Below, one piece after another: positions 21,320-31,094 of a stretch of 64,000 nucleotides of DNA. Position numbers and translations under genes: made by a program. Each line of letters starts with the position of its first letter. Within the stretch, counting starts at the first letter, position 1. The notes beneath the pieces are model-generated. The model was not told where the DNA came from and made no database searches. It worked only from the letters and a program-made list of their open reading frames with translations. Source of the stretch: an uncultured Spirochaetota bacterium (lineage in GTDB: Bacteria; Spirochaetota; Spirochaetia; SZUA-6; Fen-1364); the NCBI GenBank assembly GCA_963745235.1, contig CAVUXE010000029.1:64001-128000 (forward strand), given 5' to 3'.

Positions 21320-22579
21320 GTGGACGCGGCGGCCATCCGGGCGGATTTTCCCGCCCTGTCATCAGGCCTTATCTACCTGGACAACGCGGCAACCACGCAG
21401 CGCCCCCGGCAGATCCTGGATACGATTACCACCTTTTATTCCCGTTTCAATGCGAACATCCACCGCTCGCCCCACGCACTCGGGCAGACGGCGACGCGGA
21501 TGTACGAGCAGGCGCACGCAGGCGTGGCGAGGTTCGTTGGCGCGCGAAGCGCGCGGGAAATCGTCTTCCTGCGGAACACCACAGAGGCGCTGAACCTCGT
21601 CGCAGTCTCCCTGTGCCGCGGCGAAAGCGGGGCGCTTTCGTTTCGACGTGGTGACGAGGTCGTCATCACGATCATGGAGCACCACTCGAATTTCGTGCCA
21701 TGGCAGGCGCTGTGCCGGGAGGCTGGCCTGCGCCTGCGGATCATCGGCCTGGGGGCGGACGGAGGACTGGACCTCGACGAGCTTTCTTCCTCCCTGGGAC
21801 AACGCACGCGGCTTGTGTGCTGCACCCATGTCTCGAATGTCCTGGGCACGATCAACCCGGTTGCGGAGATTGCAGGGATGGCGCACGAGGCGGGCGCCCT
21901 GCTTCTGGTGGACGCCGCCCAATCTGTCCCGTGCATGCCGGTGGACGTCGGGTCACTGGGCTGCGACTTTCTCGCCTTTTCGGGGCACAAGATGCTGGCG
22001 CCGTTCGGGTCCGGCGTGCTGTATGGAAAGGAATCGCTTCTCCGGCAGATGTCTCCGTTTCTCTTCGGCGGTGACATGATAGAAACCGTGACCGAAAGCG
22101 GCTCCACGTGGAACTCGCTCCCCTGGAAGTTCGAGGCCGGGACTCCTGACGTGGCGGCGGGGATTGCCCTCGGCGGGGCCACCGACGGGCAAAGCGGACA
22201 GCGCTTGATCGGCGCGGTCGACTACCTGGGCGCCCTGGGCATGGATGCGGTAAGGGCCCATGAGGCCGGGCTCCTGGACAGGCTTGTGAAGGGCCTGGGC
22301 GACATTCCCCGTATCCAGGTGACCGGCCCTGCAGATTGCGCCAGGCGGGCCGCGGCCGTGTCGTTCAGCGTCGACGGCGCCGACCCCTTCGTGGTCGCCC
22401 ATCTCCTGGACGCAGAGGGGATTTGCGTGCGCGCGGGAGGCCACTGCGCCTACCCCCTGGCTGCCCGGCTCGGCGTTGAAGGCACCGTGCGGGCCAGCCC
22501 CTATGTCTACAACACGGCGGGCGATATCGAGAGATTTCTCGAAATCGTCAGGGACATCGTCTGCAACAGGCTTCTTTGA
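21320..22579 (+). CDS. sufS: SufS/Csd-type cysteine desulfurase
   Basis: YLDNAATT, MEHHSN, DAAQ, SGHKM, FEAGTP, RAGGHCA. Confidence 0.85.
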   Translation: MDAAAIRADFPALSSGLIYLDNAATTQRPRQILDTITTFYSRFNANIHRSPHALGQTATRMYEQAHAGVARFVGARSAREIVFLRNTTEALNLVAVSLCRGESGALSFRRGDEVVITIMEHHSNFVPWQALCREAGLRLRIIGLGADGGLDLDELSSSLGQRTRLVCCTHVSNVLGTINPVAEIAGMAHEAGALLLVDAAQSVPCMPVDVGSLGCDFLAFSGHKMLAPFGSGVLYGKESLLRQMSPFLFGGDMIETVTESGSTWNSLPWKFEAGTPDVAAGIALGGATDGQSGQRLIGAVDYLGALGMDAVRAHEAGLLDRLVKGLGDIPRIQVTGPADCARRAAAVSFSVDGADPFVVAHLLDAEGICVRAGGHCAYPLAARLGVEGTVRASPYVYNTAGDIERFLEIVRDIVCNRLL

Positions 22580-22668
22580 CCCTGCGATTGCTGCGCACCC
22601 CGTTTGCCTTCATGACCATGGACAGCCTTCCCCGGCGCCGCTACACTCCCAGGAAAAGGAGCACCCGC

Positions 22669-23919
22669 ATGGCCGATAAACGGCTCCCGTTCACACGGGA
22701 CAAAATCGAGGAAATTGCCAAAACGTATCCCACGCCCTTTCATATCTATGACGAGAAAGCGATTCGGGAGAACGCCCGCGCGCTCAAGCAGGCATTCTCC
22801 TGGGCAGAGGGCTTTCGGGAGTTCTTTGCAGTCAAGGCTCTGCCCAACCCGCACATCATTTCCATCCTCAAAGAGGAGGGACTTGGAGCGGATTGCAGCT
22901 CGCTGGCCGAGCTGATCCTCTCCGACCGGGTCGGGCTCAAAGGCGAAATGATCATGTTCACCTCCAACGACACGCCCGCCGCCGAGTACGTGGAGGCAAA
23001 GCGTCTCGGCGCCATCATCAACCTGGATGACCTCAGCCATATCTCCTTTCTGAAACAGCACGCGGGGATGCCGCAGCTGATCTGCCTGCGCTACAACCCG
23101 GGGCCGCTGAAGGGCGGGAACGCCATCATCGGCACCCCTGAACAGGCCAAGTTCGGCTTCACTCGGCAGCAGCTTTTCGAAGGGTATCGAAAGGCGCGCG
23201 AGCTGGGCGCTTCCCGGTTCGGCCTTCACGCCATGATTGCATCCAACGAGCTGAGCCTCGAGTACCACTGGGATACCGCGCATATGCTCTTTGACCTCAT
23301 GGCCGAGCTTTCCAAAGATCTGGGGATCAGGTTCGAGTTCGTCAACCTGGGTGGAGGATTCGGCATTCCATACAAGCCGGACCAGACCGCCATCGACTGG
23401 CAGGCTCTGTCCCGGGGGATCCGTGAGGCCTACGACGCCAACGTGAAGGCGCGGGGCCTGCACCCCCTGAAAATCTTCATGGAGAGCGGCAGGGCCATCA
23501 CCGGGCCGTTCGGCTGGCTGGTGAGCCGGGTCCTCCACCTCAAGCACACCTACAAGGATTACGTCGGCCTGGATGCGTGCATGGCCAATCTTGCCCGCCC
23601 CGCGCTGTACGGCGCATATCACCACATCACCGTGCTGGGCAGGGAGAAGCAGGCGCCCAGCCGCGTGTACGATGTCACCGGGTCGCTGTGCGAGAACAAC
23701 GACAAGTTCGCCATCGACAGGTCGCTCCCTCCCGTGGAGGAAGGAGACCTCGTTGTGATCCACGACACCGGCGCCCACGGCTGGTCCATGGGGTCCAATT
23801 ACAACGGAAAGCTGCGCTCCGCGGAGCTGCTCCTTCGACCCGACGGCTCGGTCAGGCAGATCCGCCGCGCCGAGAGGGTGGAGGACTACTTCGCCACGCT
23901 GGAGTTCCCACGCGGGTGA
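22669..23919 (+). CDS. lysA: Diaminopimelate decarboxylase
   Basis: TPFHIYDE, FAVKALPN, KFG, NLGGG, ESGR, GSLCENND, NYN. Confidence 0.9.
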   Translation: MADKRLPFTRDKIEEIAKTYPTPFHIYDEKAIRENARALKQAFSWAEGFREFFAVKALPNPHIISILKEEGLGADCSSLAELILSDRVGLKGEMIMFTSNDTPAAEYVEAKRLGAIINLDDLSHISFLKQHAGMPQLICLRYNPGPLKGGNAIIGTPEQAKFGFTRQQLFEGYRKARELGASRFGLHAMIASNELSLEYHWDTAHMLFDLMAELSKDLGIRFEFVNLGGGFGIPYKPDQTAIDWQALSRGIREAYDANVKARGLHPLKIFMESGRAITGPFGWLVSRVLHLKHTYKDYVGLDACMANLARPALYGAYHHITVLGREKQAPSRVYDVTGSLCENNDKFAIDRSLPPVEEGDLVVIHDTGAHGWSMGSNYNGKLRSAELLLRPDGSVRQIRRAERVEDYFATLEFPRG

Positions 23920-24650
23920 GCGCGCGGGGCATCCTGATCCCGCTCGGGGCCGCGTGCGCGGTAGCGGGAGGGCTGCTGCTGTGGGCCACCACCACCAGGA
24001 GCCCGATGCCTGAGGCTCTGGCTGCCCTGCGCGGCACCTCTGACGTCAGGGTGACCGTGGAAAGGGGCGGAGTGTTCGAGCCCGTCTCGGTGCACCCGAA
24101 AGTCGGGCTGGTGATCTATCCGGCAAGCCGCGTGGACTGGCGGGCCTATGCCCCTGTTGCCGCCGCCATTGCCCGCGCGGGCTTCCTGGTGGTTGTGGTC
24201 GCGATGCCGCTCAACCTGGCGTCCCTGGACGTGGCCCGGGCGCAGTCCGTGATGAAGAAGTTCACCCGCATCCGCGCCTGGGCCATTGCCGGGCACGGGG
24301 AGGGCGGAGCCATGGCCGCTCGATTCGCCGCGCGTCACCCGCTTGCCGTCCGGGGCCTCATCCTCTGGGGCGCGCGTCCGGGGGCCGGAGACAACCTTGC
24401 CTCCTCCCGGATCAGCGCCATGTCCATATCAGCGGAGCGAGACGGCCTGGTGCCGCAGCTTGTGGTCAGAGAATCCGCCTGGCTCCTTCCGGCAACGACG
24501 CGCTGGGTGACCATTGTCGGAGGAAACCATTCGCAGTTCGGCTGGTACGGTGACCAGGCGAGGGACGGGAAGGCGCTGATCTCGCGCGCCGAGCAGCAGG
24601 CCAGGGTTGTCCGAGCAACGGTGGACATGCTTCGTTCAATAGCGATGTGA
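23916..24650 (+). CDS. Membrane-anchored alpha/beta-hydrolase-fold protein (Abhydrolase_5-like) lacking the nucleophile Ser
   Basis: GTG start overlaps the lysA stop; AYAP, MPLNLA, GHGEGG, RDGL, GGNHSQFGWYG. Confidence 0.8.
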   Translation: MSARGILIPLGAACAVAGGLLLWATTTRSPMPEALAALRGTSDVRVTVERGGVFEPVSVHPKVGLVIYPASRVDWRAYAPVAAAIARAGFLVVVVAMPLNLASLDVARAQSVMKKFTRIRAWAIAGHGEGGAMAARFAARHPLAVRGLILWGARPGAGDNLASSRISAMSISAERDGLVPQLVVRESAWLLPATTRWVTIVGGNHSQFGWYGDQARDGKALISRAEQQARVVRATVDMLRSIAM

Positions 24651-24695
24651 CGCGGCCGCTGCGCGGCGCGGCCGCCGCAGCGCGCCGGGCTGCCT

Positions 24696-25223
24696 TCAGT
24701 TTCCCTTCGTCTCGAAGTGAGTCTTTTGGATCTTCGAGAGCTCGTCAGGATTCGCCGGGCGGATTTCGTTGGTCACCGTGATAAGGAGGCCGTCCTGCGT
24801 CCAGCTCTGGGTTCCCAGCCGGGGCGTCACCGCGCCTGCGCTTCTGACCTCGCCGAGCTTATACAGTCCATCGTATCCCAGATAGAGCTCGAAATAGCTG
24901 TCCTTCCCGTCGCTCAGGAGGGACCCCTTGTTTGCGGTCACGGTGTAGGTGGAGTAATAGTAGCCCGATGCCGGGTAGTAGTTACCAGCGTAGTACACAT
25001 AGTACTGGACTTCATAGGTTCCTTCGCTGACTTTGTAATAAACGCCCGGAGAGATGTTGCTGGGAAAGCCGCCCACAAAGCCATGGGGTGTAGCGTCCGC
25101 GCCCACGGCTCCGTAGATGCTTCCGTTCTTGCCGCAGCTGACCGCAAGCAGCGCAGCTCCCAAAACAAGCACCGCGATTCCAGCCCTGATAAGTGTCGGG
25201 AACGTTCTCTTAGAGAAGCTCAT
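24696..25223 (-). CDS. Hypothetical lipoprotein (Tyr/Gly-rich)
   Basis: Basic N-terminus, hydrophobic stretch and AVS-C lipobox. Confidence 0.65.
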   Translation of the reverse strand: MSFSKRTFPTLIRAGIAVLVLGAALLAVSCGKNGSIYGAVGADATPHGFVGGFPSNISPGVYYKVSEGTYEVQYYVYYAGNYYPASGYYYSTYTVTANKGSLLSDGKDSYFELYLGYDGLYKLGEVRSAGAVTPRLGTQSWTQDGLLITVTNEIRPANPDELSKIQKTHFETKGN

Positions 25224-25336
25224 GACTTCAATCCTCCATCGACAATTTTCATCCAACAGGATTTATGCCGGATCATAGGTCGGGCAAACTGAATGGTCAA
25301 CATGCTCGGGGGCCAAAGGGGCCAAACGCCCACGCG

Positions 25337-26344
25337 CTAGAACATGAGCCCGAGCCTGATGCCCACCTCGAATTGAGCACTTGTGATGACATGCCCGACG
25401 CCGGTGATGAGAGTGCCTTGCGGAGCTCCATTTGCAGCGTCCGCGTTGCCGTACCAGTACTGCGTCTGCGTCGTGGAGACAACGTAATAGATGACCTCTC
25501 CCTCCAAGGCAAGGTAGGGTGTGATCCCCGAGGAACGGGGCAGCACATAAGTCGCCCGCATGTCACCGTAGAAGCCAGCGCCCCAGCCGGAAGCCGTTGA
25601 CAGCTTGGTCCGCAGCTTGTGATCGTCGCTGTCGGAGGCGTAGACCGGAGTGAAGGCGGCCCGAAGCTCAGCGGAGAGGCCGGGAAGGGGCTGGACCTCA
25701 CCCATGAGCCCGACACCGATGGTATGGGTGGAAAGCGTGTACTCCAGCACATCTGGCGTCGTGCTTGTGATCACCATGGGCACATATCCATCAGAGGTCG
25801 CGTCGGGCGCATAGTGCCATCCCGTGTAGCCGTCCTCGACATGGCTCACGTCCTGGTATCGATACGTGCCGTAGAGAGCGAGCGACCACGGTTTGGCGAA
25901 AGCGAAGGTCCATGCCGCCTCAAGCGATGCATGCCAGCTCACCGTTGAGTCCGGGGAATACGTGTAGCTGAAGGGGACCTTCGGATAGGACAGGTATTGC
26001 GTCCAGTCGTAGTCGTTCATCGAGCCCGAGAACGCCACCGTGGAGTGCGCAATGGAAGCTTCCACCAGCCATTCCCGCTTTTCTCCCTGAGAGACAGAAA
26101 AGCCCGCCACCAGGCCTGCCTCCAGCGCGAATTGGGGGAACTCGAGGCGGCTCAGGCCCGTGTAACCGCCGCCCTGGTAGAAGGAAAGATCGTACGCAAC
26201 GCCGCCGAGACCCTTTTGGAGAATCGGCTCGACGAAAAAGCTCACACTGCTGGAGCCCTCACCCGCCGGCGGAGCAGCCCACGCGGGAGCAGCGAAAACA
26301 ACGATGAAGACAGCGAAGACCGGCGCCACAGATTTCCATCCCAC
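25337..26344 (-). CDS. Omptin-family outer-membrane protease
   Basis: Signal peptide; LSRLEF, GSMNDYDW, DDHKLR (omptin Asp-Asp and Asp-His pairs); amphipathic beta-strands ending in Phe. Confidence 0.75.
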   Translation of the reverse strand: MGWKSVAPVFAVFIVVFAAPAWAAPPAGEGSSSVSFFVEPILQKGLGGVAYDLSFYQGGGYTGLSRLEFPQFALEAGLVAGFSVSQGEKREWLVEASIAHSTVAFSGSMNDYDWTQYLSYPKVPFSYTYSPDSTVSWHASLEAAWTFAFAKPWSLALYGTYRYQDVSHVEDGYTGWHYAPDATSDGYVPMVITSTTPDVLEYTLSTHTIGVGLMGEVQPLPGLSAELRAAFTPVYASDSDDHKLRTKLSTASGWGAGFYGDMRATYVLPRSSGITPYLALEGEVIYYVVSTTQTQYWYGNADAANGAPQGTLITGVGHVITSAQFEVGIRLGLMF

Positions 26345-26408
26345 TTTTTTCCTCCGGGAGCGACCAACTTTCTTGACTGAACCAATTCGAGAAGCGCGGG
26401 CGTTCTGC

Positions 26409-27455
26409 TTACAGCCCCGCGGAAATCATGTCTCCTATCTGGCTGGTGGAAAAGCCCATTTTCCCGGCCGCCATGCTCTTCATCTTCCCGATCACGGCCA
26501 TGGCGGATTTCTCAACCGCGGCCGCGGCCTGTGGCTGGCCGATCTGCTCCAGCATCATGGCTCCGGCCAGGATGGTAGCCACGGGGTTGATGACGTTCTG
26601 ACCTGTGTACTTGGGAGCAGAGCCCCCGATGGGCTCGAACATAGATACTCCCTGCGGGTTGAGGTTCCCCCCCGCCGCGACGCCCATTCCACCCTGGATG
26701 ATGGCGCCGAGGTCCGTAATGATGTCCCCGAACATGTTCTCCGTGACGATGACATCGAACCATTCGGGGTTCTTCACCATCCACATGGTCGTTGCATCGA
26801 TGTGGGCGTAGTCAGGGGTGATGTCCGGGTATTCCTTGGCCACCTCCATGAAGGTGCGATACCACAGGTCCTGCACGTAGATGAGCACGTTCGTCTTGCC
26901 CGCCATTGTCAGCTTCTTCTTGCCCCCTCGACGGCGCGCAAGGTCAAAGGCGAAACGGATGCAGCGTTCAACGCTCTTGCGGGTGTAGATCATTTCCTGG
27001 ACGGCAACCTCGTCCGGGGTCCCCTTCTTGAGGAAACCGCCCGAGCCGATATAGAGGCCCTCCACGTTTTCCCGCACGATCACGAAATCGATGTCCGCCG
27101 GGCCCTTGTTGGCCAGGGGCGTCTCCACGTTGGGGTAGAGCTTCACGGGACGGAGGTTGATGTACTGGTCCAGCTCGAAGCGCAGGCGAAGGAGTATCCC
27201 GGTCTCCAGGATCCCCGGCTTCACATCCGGGTGCCCGATTGCCCCCAGGTAGATCGCATCGAAGCCCCGCAACGTGCTGACTGCGTCGTCGGGGAGAGTG
27301 ACGCCGGTCTTGAGGTACCGATCTCCTCCCCAGTCGAACTGCGTGAAGGTGAGGGGGAACGAGAAAGCCTTCGCCGCTTTCGTAAGGACCTTGATTCCTT
27401 CCCTGATTACCTCTGGGCCTGTCCCGTCGCCGGGGATGACAGCGATCCTGCTCAT
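26409..27455 (-). CDS. leuB: 3-isopropylmalate dehydrogenase (isocitrate/isopropylmalate family)
   Basis: [50 protein letters not shown]. Confidence 0.85.
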   Translation of the reverse strand: MSRIAVIPGDGTGPEVIREGIKVLTKAAKAFSFPLTFTQFDWGGDRYLKTGVTLPDDAVSTLRGFDAIYLGAIGHPDVKPGILETGILLRLRFELDQYINLRPVKLYPNVETPLANKGPADIDFVIVRENVEGLYIGSGGFLKKGTPDEVAVQEMIYTRKSVERCIRFAFDLARRRGGKKKLTMAGKTNVLIYVQDLWYRTFMEVAKEYPDITPDYAHIDATTMWMVKNPEWFDVIVTENMFGDIITDLGAIIQGGMGVAAGGNLNPQGVSMFEPIGGSAPKYTGQNVINPVATILAGAMMLEQIGQPQAAAAVEKSAMAVIGKMKSMAAGKMGFSTSQIGDMISAGL

Positions 27456-27547
27456 GTGCGGACAGTAGCGGCGCCGCACCGCCGTGTCAACCGCGCTCGA
27501 CGGCGCGCTCGACGGAAAGCACCCGGGCCGAAGGGGCGACCCCCTTG

Positions 27548-28756
27548 CTACATCCCCAGCAGCTTGCGGGTTGCCAGCTGGTCGAGCCGGGCAATCGAAA
27601 GGGGCGTGCCGTTGACCTTGTCGTAGTCAACCGCCACCTTGAGGATCTCCGCGGAGTCACCCTGCTGCAGCGTCTTTGCGATCCCGGGCTCCTTTTCCCA
27701 GAGGGCCGTCATCATCTTCGTCAGGTCGGGATCCGCCCCAAGGTCATGAGCCTTCTTCTCTGCAAGCCGGTAGTTCTCGACGTTCTGACGGATGAAATCC
27801 ATTCGGATCCGGGTGCTGTTCTCTTTGCCCGGCGCGGTGTCGGTGCGAAGGATGTGGTTGTCGAACTCCGCGTGCCCCTGCCAGCCCATGCGGTCCAGCA
27901 GCCACAGCGTGGCCACCATCTCCTTGATGCCGTCCATTCCGACCAGCATGGGCAGGTCATTATCGAACTGTCCCGGTTTCTGGTTGCCCACGTGGAGGAA
28001 GAAGAGCTTCTGCGCCTGGACTGCCATGGCAACCGCAACCTCCGCGGAAAGGCCGGTCATCCCCTCGTGCTGAAGGACCTCGGGGTTCACGCCCCAGAAG
28101 CCGGGATCATTCAGCATGGCGATCAGGCCAAGGGCGTGGCCGGTGGTCGGCACGTACATCTCTCCGCGCGGCTCGTTGGGCTTGGGCTCGATAGTCCCGT
28201 GGCGAAGAGTGCCGTTCTGCTCCTTGGCGTAGCGCTCGGCGAGGTTGAGCCCCTCCATGAGGTAGCGGTAGGTCCTCTCCCAGGGCACGGAGAACTGGCA
28301 TTCGAACCCGTCGCGGGCAACCCAGTACGTGAAGTACTCCGCGCCCAGGAAGTTCCCGATGCGGATGGTCCGCATCACCTTGCGGGCGGCCAGGAGCCTG
28401 ATCTCGGGATTCGGGTTGGTCAGACCGCCATTCCTGAACAGCGGATTGCCATGGAGGCTGCAGGTGGCCATGGCGAACTTCAGCTCGGCCGCCTCCAGCT
28501 TCTCCTTGATGGTCCGGAGTGTCTTCGATGCGCCGCTGGAAGGATCTAGGTCGTCTTCCGGGCGTTTCGGGTCCCACGGGACCAGGTCGTCATCATGGGC
28601 GGAGGTGAAATCGATGAGCTTCTCTTCCTTCGCCTTGCAGAGAAGGTCGCAGACCTCAACGGATGGGATCCGGTCCATGACGGCAGGCCCGAACGGATCA
28701 CCGACCGGATTGGAAACGCACCAGAAGGGCATGGAGAGCTTTCTGTTCTTCGTCAT
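27548..28756 (-). CDS. xylA: Divergent class I xylose isomerase-like protein
   Basis: GDPFG, HDDDL, IEPKPNEPRG, GVNPE, FDND. Confidence 0.75.
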   Translation of the reverse strand: MTKNRKLSMPFWCVSNPVGDPFGPAVMDRIPSVEVCDLLCKAKEEKLIDFTSAHDDDLVPWDPKRPEDDLDPSSGASKTLRTIKEKLEAAELKFAMATCSLHGNPLFRNGGLTNPNPEIRLLAARKVMRTIRIGNFLGAEYFTYWVARDGFECQFSVPWERTYRYLMEGLNLAERYAKEQNGTLRHGTIEPKPNEPRGEMYVPTTGHALGLIAMLNDPGFWGVNPEVLQHEGMTGLSAEVAVAMAVQAQKLFFLHVGNQKPGQFDNDLPMLVGMDGIKEMVATLWLLDRMGWQGHAEFDNHILRTDTAPGKENSTRIRMDFIRQNVENYRLAEKKAHDLGADPDLTKMMTALWEKEPGIAKTLQQGDSAEILKVAVDYDKVNGTPLSIARLDQLATRKLLGM

Positions 28757-29133
28757 TGGTTTTCTCCTTCTCTGATGAGTGGCTCGCAGGTCTCACAGGT
28801 GTTCGAGTCGTCGAACATGATGCGGGAGGCCGTGAGGGGAAGGCCGCAGCGGGCGCAGCGCGCATGGAAAGGGAAGATGGCGGCCCGCTGCCAGACCAGC
28901 ACGGCAAGCGTGAAGAATCCGATCGGAACGAGGTACAGGTTGTCCAGGGAGAACTTGGCAAGCAGCCAGACAAGGGCCCAGGCTGCAAGCAGGACGAGAG
29001 TCAGGTAGAGCGTCGCGTTCCTCTTGCGGATGCCTTTGTCCATGGATCTGCGCTGCGCGAGATGGAAGACCCATACGGCGGCGATGGGAACAAGCATGTA
29101 TCGTGCAATGGCGGCTGATAGACTGGTTGTCAC
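28753..29133 (-). CDS. Small membrane protein with a C-terminal CxxC..CxxC zinc-ribbon-like motif
   Basis: Three hydrophobic segments; CARC and CETC; stop overlaps the xylA start. An alternative start is ATG 29097. Confidence 0.6.
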   Translation of the reverse strand: MTTSLSAAIARYMLVPIAAVWVFHLAQRRSMDKGIRKRNATLYLTLVLLAAWALVWLLAKFSLDNLYLVPIGFFTLAVLVWQRAAIFPFHARCARCGLPLTASRIMFDDSNTCETCEPLIREGENQ

Positions 29134-29201
29134 TGGGGCTCCGTAGACTGCCCAGTCTACCGGGATGGAATGCCGCGGTCAATAAGCGGTATCCTCGCCG
29201 C

Positions 29202-30212
29202 GTGGAGATAACCGTGAACGGCGGCGCCCGGAAAGCCCACGCGGAGAGCGGCCGTCCCCTCCTGTTCGGGCTCATGTCTTCCGGGATCTACATCCCATCA
29301 GCGTGCGGGGGGCGCGGGTCCTGCGGTCAATGCAAGGTCCGAATCACGAGCAGCCCGCCGGCCCACAACGACGCGGAGCGATTGCTTATCACGGAAAGCG
29401 ACCGCCAGAACGGCGTCCATCTCTCCTGCCAGGTCAGGGTTTCCGACAACATCTCCCTGGAGATACCGCCCCGGCACTTCGCCGCGCGCCAGTACCGGTC
29501 TCGGGTCGCGGGGCTTCGTGATCTCACCTGGGAAACAAAGGAGGTGACCCTGGACGTGGAGGGAGAGCTTTCCTTTGTCGCCGGCCAGTACGTGCAGCTC
29601 TTCCTGCCCGGCACGGAGTCCGCCGCGGAGCCCCTGTACCGCGCCTATTCGATGTCCTCTCCGCCCTCCTCGCTCCGTCGCGTGACCTTGGTCGTTCGAC
29701 GTGAGCCAGGAGGAGTGGTCTCACCGTACATCTGCGATACCTTGCGGGACGGGGAGGAGCTGGCCATCCGCGGCCCGTTCGGCGATTTTCGATTGCACGA
29801 CAGCCGTCGGGAGATCCTGTTCGTTGCGGGCGGCTCCGGAGTGGCCCCCATCAGGAGCATGCTGTTGTCAATGGCCGAAAAGGCAGGCACGACTCCCGGA
29901 GTGCGCCGCAGGACGACACTCTACTTCTCCGCGCGCTCCCGCCGGGATCTCTTCCTCATGGATGAGCTTGCAGGCCTGGAGCACAGTCTGCCGGACTTCC
30001 GCTTCATTCCGGCGCTCTCCAATCCCGCGCCCGGCGACCAGTGGGATGGCGAGACGGGCGGAATCACAGCCGTTCTCAATCGGAAACTGACCAGGCTGGA
30101 CAACCACCAGGCATACCTGTGCGGGAGCGCCGGGATGATCGATGCATCGGTCAAGGTGCTGCGCGCCAAGGGCCTTGCGGATGAGCATATTTTCTTCGAC
30201 AAATTCCTGTGA
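29202..30212 (+). CDS. 2Fe-2S ferredoxin / FAD-NAD oxidoreductase (NqrF-like, no membrane anchor)
   Basis: SACGGRGSCGQC, LSCQ, RAYSMSS, GPFGDF, AGGSGVAP, YLCG, FDKF. Confidence 0.88.
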   Translation: MEITVNGGARKAHAESGRPLLFGLMSSGIYIPSACGGRGSCGQCKVRITSSPPAHNDAERLLITESDRQNGVHLSCQVRVSDNISLEIPPRHFAARQYRSRVAGLRDLTWETKEVTLDVEGELSFVAGQYVQLFLPGTESAAEPLYRAYSMSSPPSSLRRVTLVVRREPGGVVSPYICDTLRDGEELAIRGPFGDFRLHDSRREILFVAGGSGVAPIRSMLLSMAEKAGTTPGVRRRTTLYFSARSRRDLFLMDELAGLEHSLPDFRFIPALSNPAPGDQWDGETGGITAVLNRKLTRLDNHQAYLCGSAGMIDASVKVLRAKGLADEHIFFDKFL

Positions 30213-30296
30213 GGCGATGGCGGAAAAGTTTACTTTGAAGAACGCCGCGCATACCTTATAATTGACCGAGGATCATGCAGGAGGAGGAGGCAAGAC

Positions 30297-31061
30297 ATGG
30301 CTGTACATCTGTATCTGTCTATGATTCCAGAAGCTCTGATCGCCTCGATGCTGCCGCCGCTTGATTTCGGCGTCTATTACGCGGTCGGCACGGAGAAGAA
30401 ATCACGAGGCCAGGCGCAGTTCTTCAGCGTCAACCGGAGTTTCCCCAGCGACTACTTTCCGCTGTCGGAAATCGAGTCCCGCACCGTGCCCCACGCGGAC
30501 GGTCAGCCGAAGCACTCGGTCTATCTTTCCGTCTACCGGGTCCTGGAGCACGTGCCCATCTCTGCAATCGGAAACCTCTATCTTGCCACCCGGGACGGCC
30601 GGGTGCTGGAGATCGCCCCGTCGAAGAGCCTTCCCTCCTTCTCCCGGGAATACCGCATGTACCAGGAGATCTGCCCTATCATGCCGCGCGTTGTCAGCAG
30701 CCTGGATCCCCGGGAGTTTGCCGCCTTCATGACGGACTCCAAGCGCAGCATCCACGTTCCCGTGATCTTCTTCGCGGAGCTGGGCCTTGGGGAGCTGGCA
30801 AAGGACCCTGAGAAAGGCAGCACGAAGAACCTCCCGTACGGCTCAATCGAGCACCTGAGGGCCTGCGTGAAGGAGCTCGGGACCCAGCCGCACAAGAGCA
30901 CAAAGACGGTGGACCGCAGCCCTTCCGGGGACTTCCCCTACCGCACGGTCCAGGACGGCTTCTACCTCGGCAACGGCAAGGAGCTGGTGTACTATCCCAT
31001 GCCCTCCGAGCAGGAGCTGCAGACCACCCACTACATCTGGTGGCGTTCGGCCTCCCTGTAG
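30297..31061 (+). CDS. Conserved hypothetical protein
   Basis: Strong GGAGGAGG RBS and clean codon usage; no function recognised. Confidence 0.75.
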   Translation: MAVHLYLSMIPEALIASMLPPLDFGVYYAVGTEKKSRGQAQFFSVNRSFPSDYFPLSEIESRTVPHADGQPKHSVYLSVYRVLEHVPISAIGNLYLATRDGRVLEIAPSKSLPSFSREYRMYQEICPIMPRVVSSLDPREFAAFMTDSKRSIHVPVIFFAELGLGELAKDPEKGSTKNLPYGSIEHLRACVKELGTQPHKSTKTVDRSPSGDFPYRTVQDGFYLGNGKELVYYPMPSEQELQTTHYIWWRSASL

Positions 31062-31094
31062 AGGCGGCGGGGGAGCGAGGTCGCTCGGGCGGCA

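Noticed and set aside
24650-24695. GC-rich hairpin between convergent genes as an intrinsic terminator
   Set aside because: No U-tract on either strand, so it is not supportable as a terminator.
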